In this document: positions 35,096 through 37,660 of the stretch, piece after piece
Position numbering within the stretch: position 1 is the stretch's first letter
Layout: each line of letters begins with the position of its first letter
IMG/VR virus record: IMGVR_UViG_3300029821_000014
Coordinates: 1 to 37,660 of that record
Origin: a virus
Taxonomy: Duplodnaviria > Caudoviricetes
Length of the DNA stretch: 37,660 nucleotides
Reading direction: 5' to 3' (one strand)
Made by a program: the position numbers and the translations under genes
Notes under the pieces: model-generated
The model's database searches: none
What the model saw: the letters and a program-made list of their open reading frames with translations, nothing else
What the model was told of the DNA's origin: nothing

Positions 35096-36796
35096 CTACT
35101 CCAAGTAATTATCAACATTTTTAGATAGAGCAACATAACAGTTGAGTATAGTTGCTGCTCCATCGATTTTTCTTTCTCTTTGATCGTTTAGTTTCTTAGG
35201 CATCCAGTTACCATTCCGATCTGTCTCTAACTCAATATTCGTAAAGCACCATTTGGTTACCGGATTATTTTGATAACACAATATATTCTCAATCAGATGA
35301 GCTGAAAGTAATTGCATGGGTACCGATAGTGTTTTATATCCTTGCTGAGTTGCAATCAAACAGGTATCTCTTTGGTAACCACGTTGAACAAACTCTTCGA
35401 TGAGATAATTCGCTGAATATGAGTCATAATTGATGAATTGATACATCCATCCTCTATCCTTGAAATTATCTGTCACATAATTCGCGACATCATGATAGTT
35501 AATAAGTTCTGTACCGCTGATTCTTACTAAACCTCTTTCAACCCAGGATTGCCAAGGAATCTTATTTTTCTTATCAGCAATTCTCTCGTTGTAAAATTTC
35601 GCTGTAATCCAATACATTGTTATTGCGATGGGTCTACGTTTCTCTTTATCAAATAGAAGAGTGTTAAAAGCTGTCATGTCACCTGTTCTTGATAAATCAA
35701 ATCCACCCAATACCCAAGTGTTATCAAATTTCTTTAACTGTTCTTCGGTGTAAACAATTGCTTTCCCATCTTGATCGACTACATGAATATCGTCATAACT
35801 TAACCATGCTTTGTTTTCAACACCACGCAAATTGAAATCCTTTGCTTTAACAGTGTTTGATACATTTCGATCTGATTGCATTCTTTGAACTTGCTCAGTC
35901 AAATACTCCCATTTTTTGATTACACCAAGTGATGGATTTGCTTTTGGCCAACACTTTGGATCTGATATTTCTGATTCACTATCTAGTTCATAGATGAGTG
36001 GTAGAAATGTATCATCAGGACTAATTCCTTCCAGAACGTTAATTGCATGATCGTAAATATCATCATATAATCCACCTCTAACAAATCCTGCGGTTGTAAT
36101 CATACTTATCAATGTCTCTTCACGAACTGATGTTGCTTGTTTTAATATGTCATAAATGGATCTAGGCAGTTCATGCACTTCATCAATAATTGCTGTGGAT
36201 ACATTTAAACCATCGAATGTTTTGACATTTGAGGATAGAGCTCTAGCGTATGAAGCAGATCTCTTTAACTTGATGGTAAGTGGTGGTGAGAGACGATAAT
36301 TAAAGATTCCAGCTAAATCATTGTCTTGCTCGATCATGCTGATTGCTTCCTGAATAACTCTCATTGCCTGAGATGTGACAGTAGCTGCAGCATATACCTC
36401 TGCACCTTTCTCTATAAGCGTTGCCCATAGGACCAATGGAGCATGTTCTGTTGTCTTACCATTCTTTCTTCCTTCTACAGTAAAGACTTCTTTAAACCTT
36501 CTTTTGTTCGTCTCACGATGTAATATTCCAAAGATTGCTTGCCATTTTGCTTTCTGAAATAGCATGAACTCTAGGGGTTCTCCTGTCCATTCGCCTTTGG
36601 ATTGTTTGCAAAAAGTTTCAGCAAACTCTATGTACTTAGATCCTGGTACTGGATTAAAGTAGTACTTAGGATTTTCATCATTAATAATTGGTTTAAACCA
36701 TTCGAGATAAACCTTTTTAACTTTCTTGGATACTCTGATTCGTCTAGACTCAATCTCATGAATGTATTCTGCAATGTAATTTTTGGGTTCGTGCAT
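35096..36796 (-). CDS. terL: Terminase large subunit
   Basis: GRKNGKT Walker A, IIDEVH Walker B, GFDLS and KIDGAA nuclease motifs. Confidence 0.96.
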   Translation of the reverse strand: MHEPKNYIAEYIHEIESRRIRVSKKVKKVYLEWFKPIINDENPKYYFNPVPGSKYIEFAETFCKQSKGEWTGEPLEFMLFQKAKWQAIFGILHRETNKRRFKEVFTVEGRKNGKTTEHAPLVLWATLIEKGAEVYAAATVTSQAMRVIQEAISMIEQDNDLAGIFNYRLSPPLTIKLKRSASYARALSSNVKTFDGLNVSTAIIDEVHELPRSIYDILKQATSVREETLISMITTAGFVRGGLYDDIYDHAINVLEGISPDDTFLPLIYELDSESEISDPKCWPKANPSLGVIKKWEYLTEQVQRMQSDRNVSNTVKAKDFNLRGVENKAWLSYDDIHVVDQDGKAIVYTEEQLKKFDNTWVLGGFDLSRTGDMTAFNTLLFDKEKRRPIAITMYWITAKFYNERIADKKNKIPWQSWVERGLVRISGTELINYHDVANYVTDNFKDRGWMYQFINYDSYSANYLIEEFVQRGYQRDTCLIATQQGYKTLSVPMQLLSAHLIENILCYQNNPVTKWCFTNIELETDRNGNWMPKKLNDQRERKIDGAATILNCYVALSKNVDNYLE

Positions 36797-37290
36797 TATG
36801 CTTCATTCCGATCTACTAGTGCTAACACACCATTAACTTTCGGTTTCTTTACAGCTGCCATAGCACCTACTCGTGCACGACCTGATGGAGTTAACATCAA
36901 GTGTTCTGATAAGTTTTCCATTTTCTTAGATTGCTTGTCCATGATGGTTAGTACCTTTTCAAGTTTGATGAACTGATCTGCATCCATGTCTTCTTTAGCA
37001 GCTTTTGCCCAAATCTTCTGTCCGGATGTGTAGATTGCATAAGACTCACAATACACCATGAGCATCGACGTGTCGAGTTGCGTTATTAAATTAAGTTCAG
37101 CACTTTCAAATAATCTGATAATCTCCCTGAATTTTCTTCTAGCTATGACTGATAATCCTTTAGGCATTCTAACTTTTTGGGTTGGTGACACAGCTTCTTC
37201 AAATTCTTTACGATCTTCAATTTCTTTATTGGACTTCTTATGTTTACTATTGTCTATTGTCTTTGCTGAATGTGCTTTTCTTCCTGACAT
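36796..37290 (-). CDS. terS: Terminase small subunit (P27-like)
   Basis: PKGLS...YCESY...LMLTPSGRAR. Confidence 0.88.
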   Translation of the reverse strand: MSGRKAHSAKTIDNSKHKKSNKEIEDRKEFEEAVSPTQKVRMPKGLSVIARRKFREIIRLFESAELNLITQLDTSMLMVYCESYAIYTSGQKIWAKAAKEDMDADQFIKLEKVLTIMDKQSKKMENLSEHLMLTPSGRARVGAMAAVKKPKVNGVLALVDRNEA

Positions 37291-37374
37291 ACTTTAACCT
37301 CCCTTAAAGGGGTTCTAAAAATCTATATAAAATAAAACTGTTTTCAATATCTTTCAAAAATCGGCAATTTATCG

Positions 37375-37440
37375 CGAAACACCCCACACCCGGTGTACAA
37401 CGAATACATTTGACTGATTTAGGGTGGGGGGTATCCCTAC
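37375..37440 (-). other. Candidate cos region
   Basis: GC-rich CCCCCCACCC and CCGGGTGTGGGG tracts between the HNH stop and terS, the usual cos position in HNH/P27-terS phages. Confidence 0.5.
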
Positions 37441-37457
37441 ACAAATGTATTCATAAC

Positions 37458-37660
37458 TTATATTTGATTGTGTTTATATTGCTTTCTTTGAACTAAATCA
37501 CCATTTGAATCGAATTCAACATCACTTCTTATCAAGTTCTCTCCACGTTTAGCATTGTGACATGATGTACACAGTAGTTGAAGGTTACTTTCATTGACTG
37601 AGATGCTATCATCATCAATGTTGTTTAATGATAAAGGTATCTTGTGATGTACTTCATGAC
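37458..37660 (-). CDS. HNH endonuclease (3' part)
   Basis: Reads ...NLQLLCTSCHNAKRGENLIRSDVEFDSNGDLVQRKQYKHNQI with TAA at 37458-37460. Confidence 0.85.
   Translation of the reverse strand, partial: HEVHHKIPLSLNNIDDDSISVNESNLQLLCTSCHNAKRGENLIRSDVEFDSNGDLVQRKQYKHNQI
37534..37660 (+). repeat. Terminal direct repeat, copy 2
   Basis: Identical to 1-127. Confidence 0.95.

Larger units (their letters stand above)
1..37660. mobile_element. Complete temperate siphovirus genome in circular (excised) form
   Basis: Packaging, head, tail, lysogeny and replication modules are all present. The ends overlap by 127 bp and an HNH ORF reads through the junction. Confidence 0.95.

Overview
The window looks like a complete, circularly permuted genome of a low-GC temperate siphovirus with HK97-type head genes. 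The unit length is 37,533 bp, and bases 1-127 repeat exactly at 37534-37660. Almost all genes are on the minus strand: HNH, terS, terL, portal, protease, capsid, neck, tail, two fibres, a membrane-protein lysis slot with no recognisable endolysin, a moron island, a serine integrase with candidate attP, a frameshifted cI and cro switch, and an early region (tyrosine recombinase, MazG, replication initiator and loader, PcfK, PcfJ). The most notable non-coding signals are three. (1) A structured late-leader RNA whose loop is complementary to its own downstream Shine-Dalgarno and to a motif repeated four times in early transcripts. (2) Two bipartite res-like sites with identical 112-bp internal spacing that flank a 3.8-kb accessory block. 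(3) A self-contained antisense sRNA inside that block. Also notable are a retropepsin-SEC-C two-gene moron, a HEPN protein, and an in-frame TGA at a probable conserved Cys. All family calls come from motif recognition by eye; no database searches were run.
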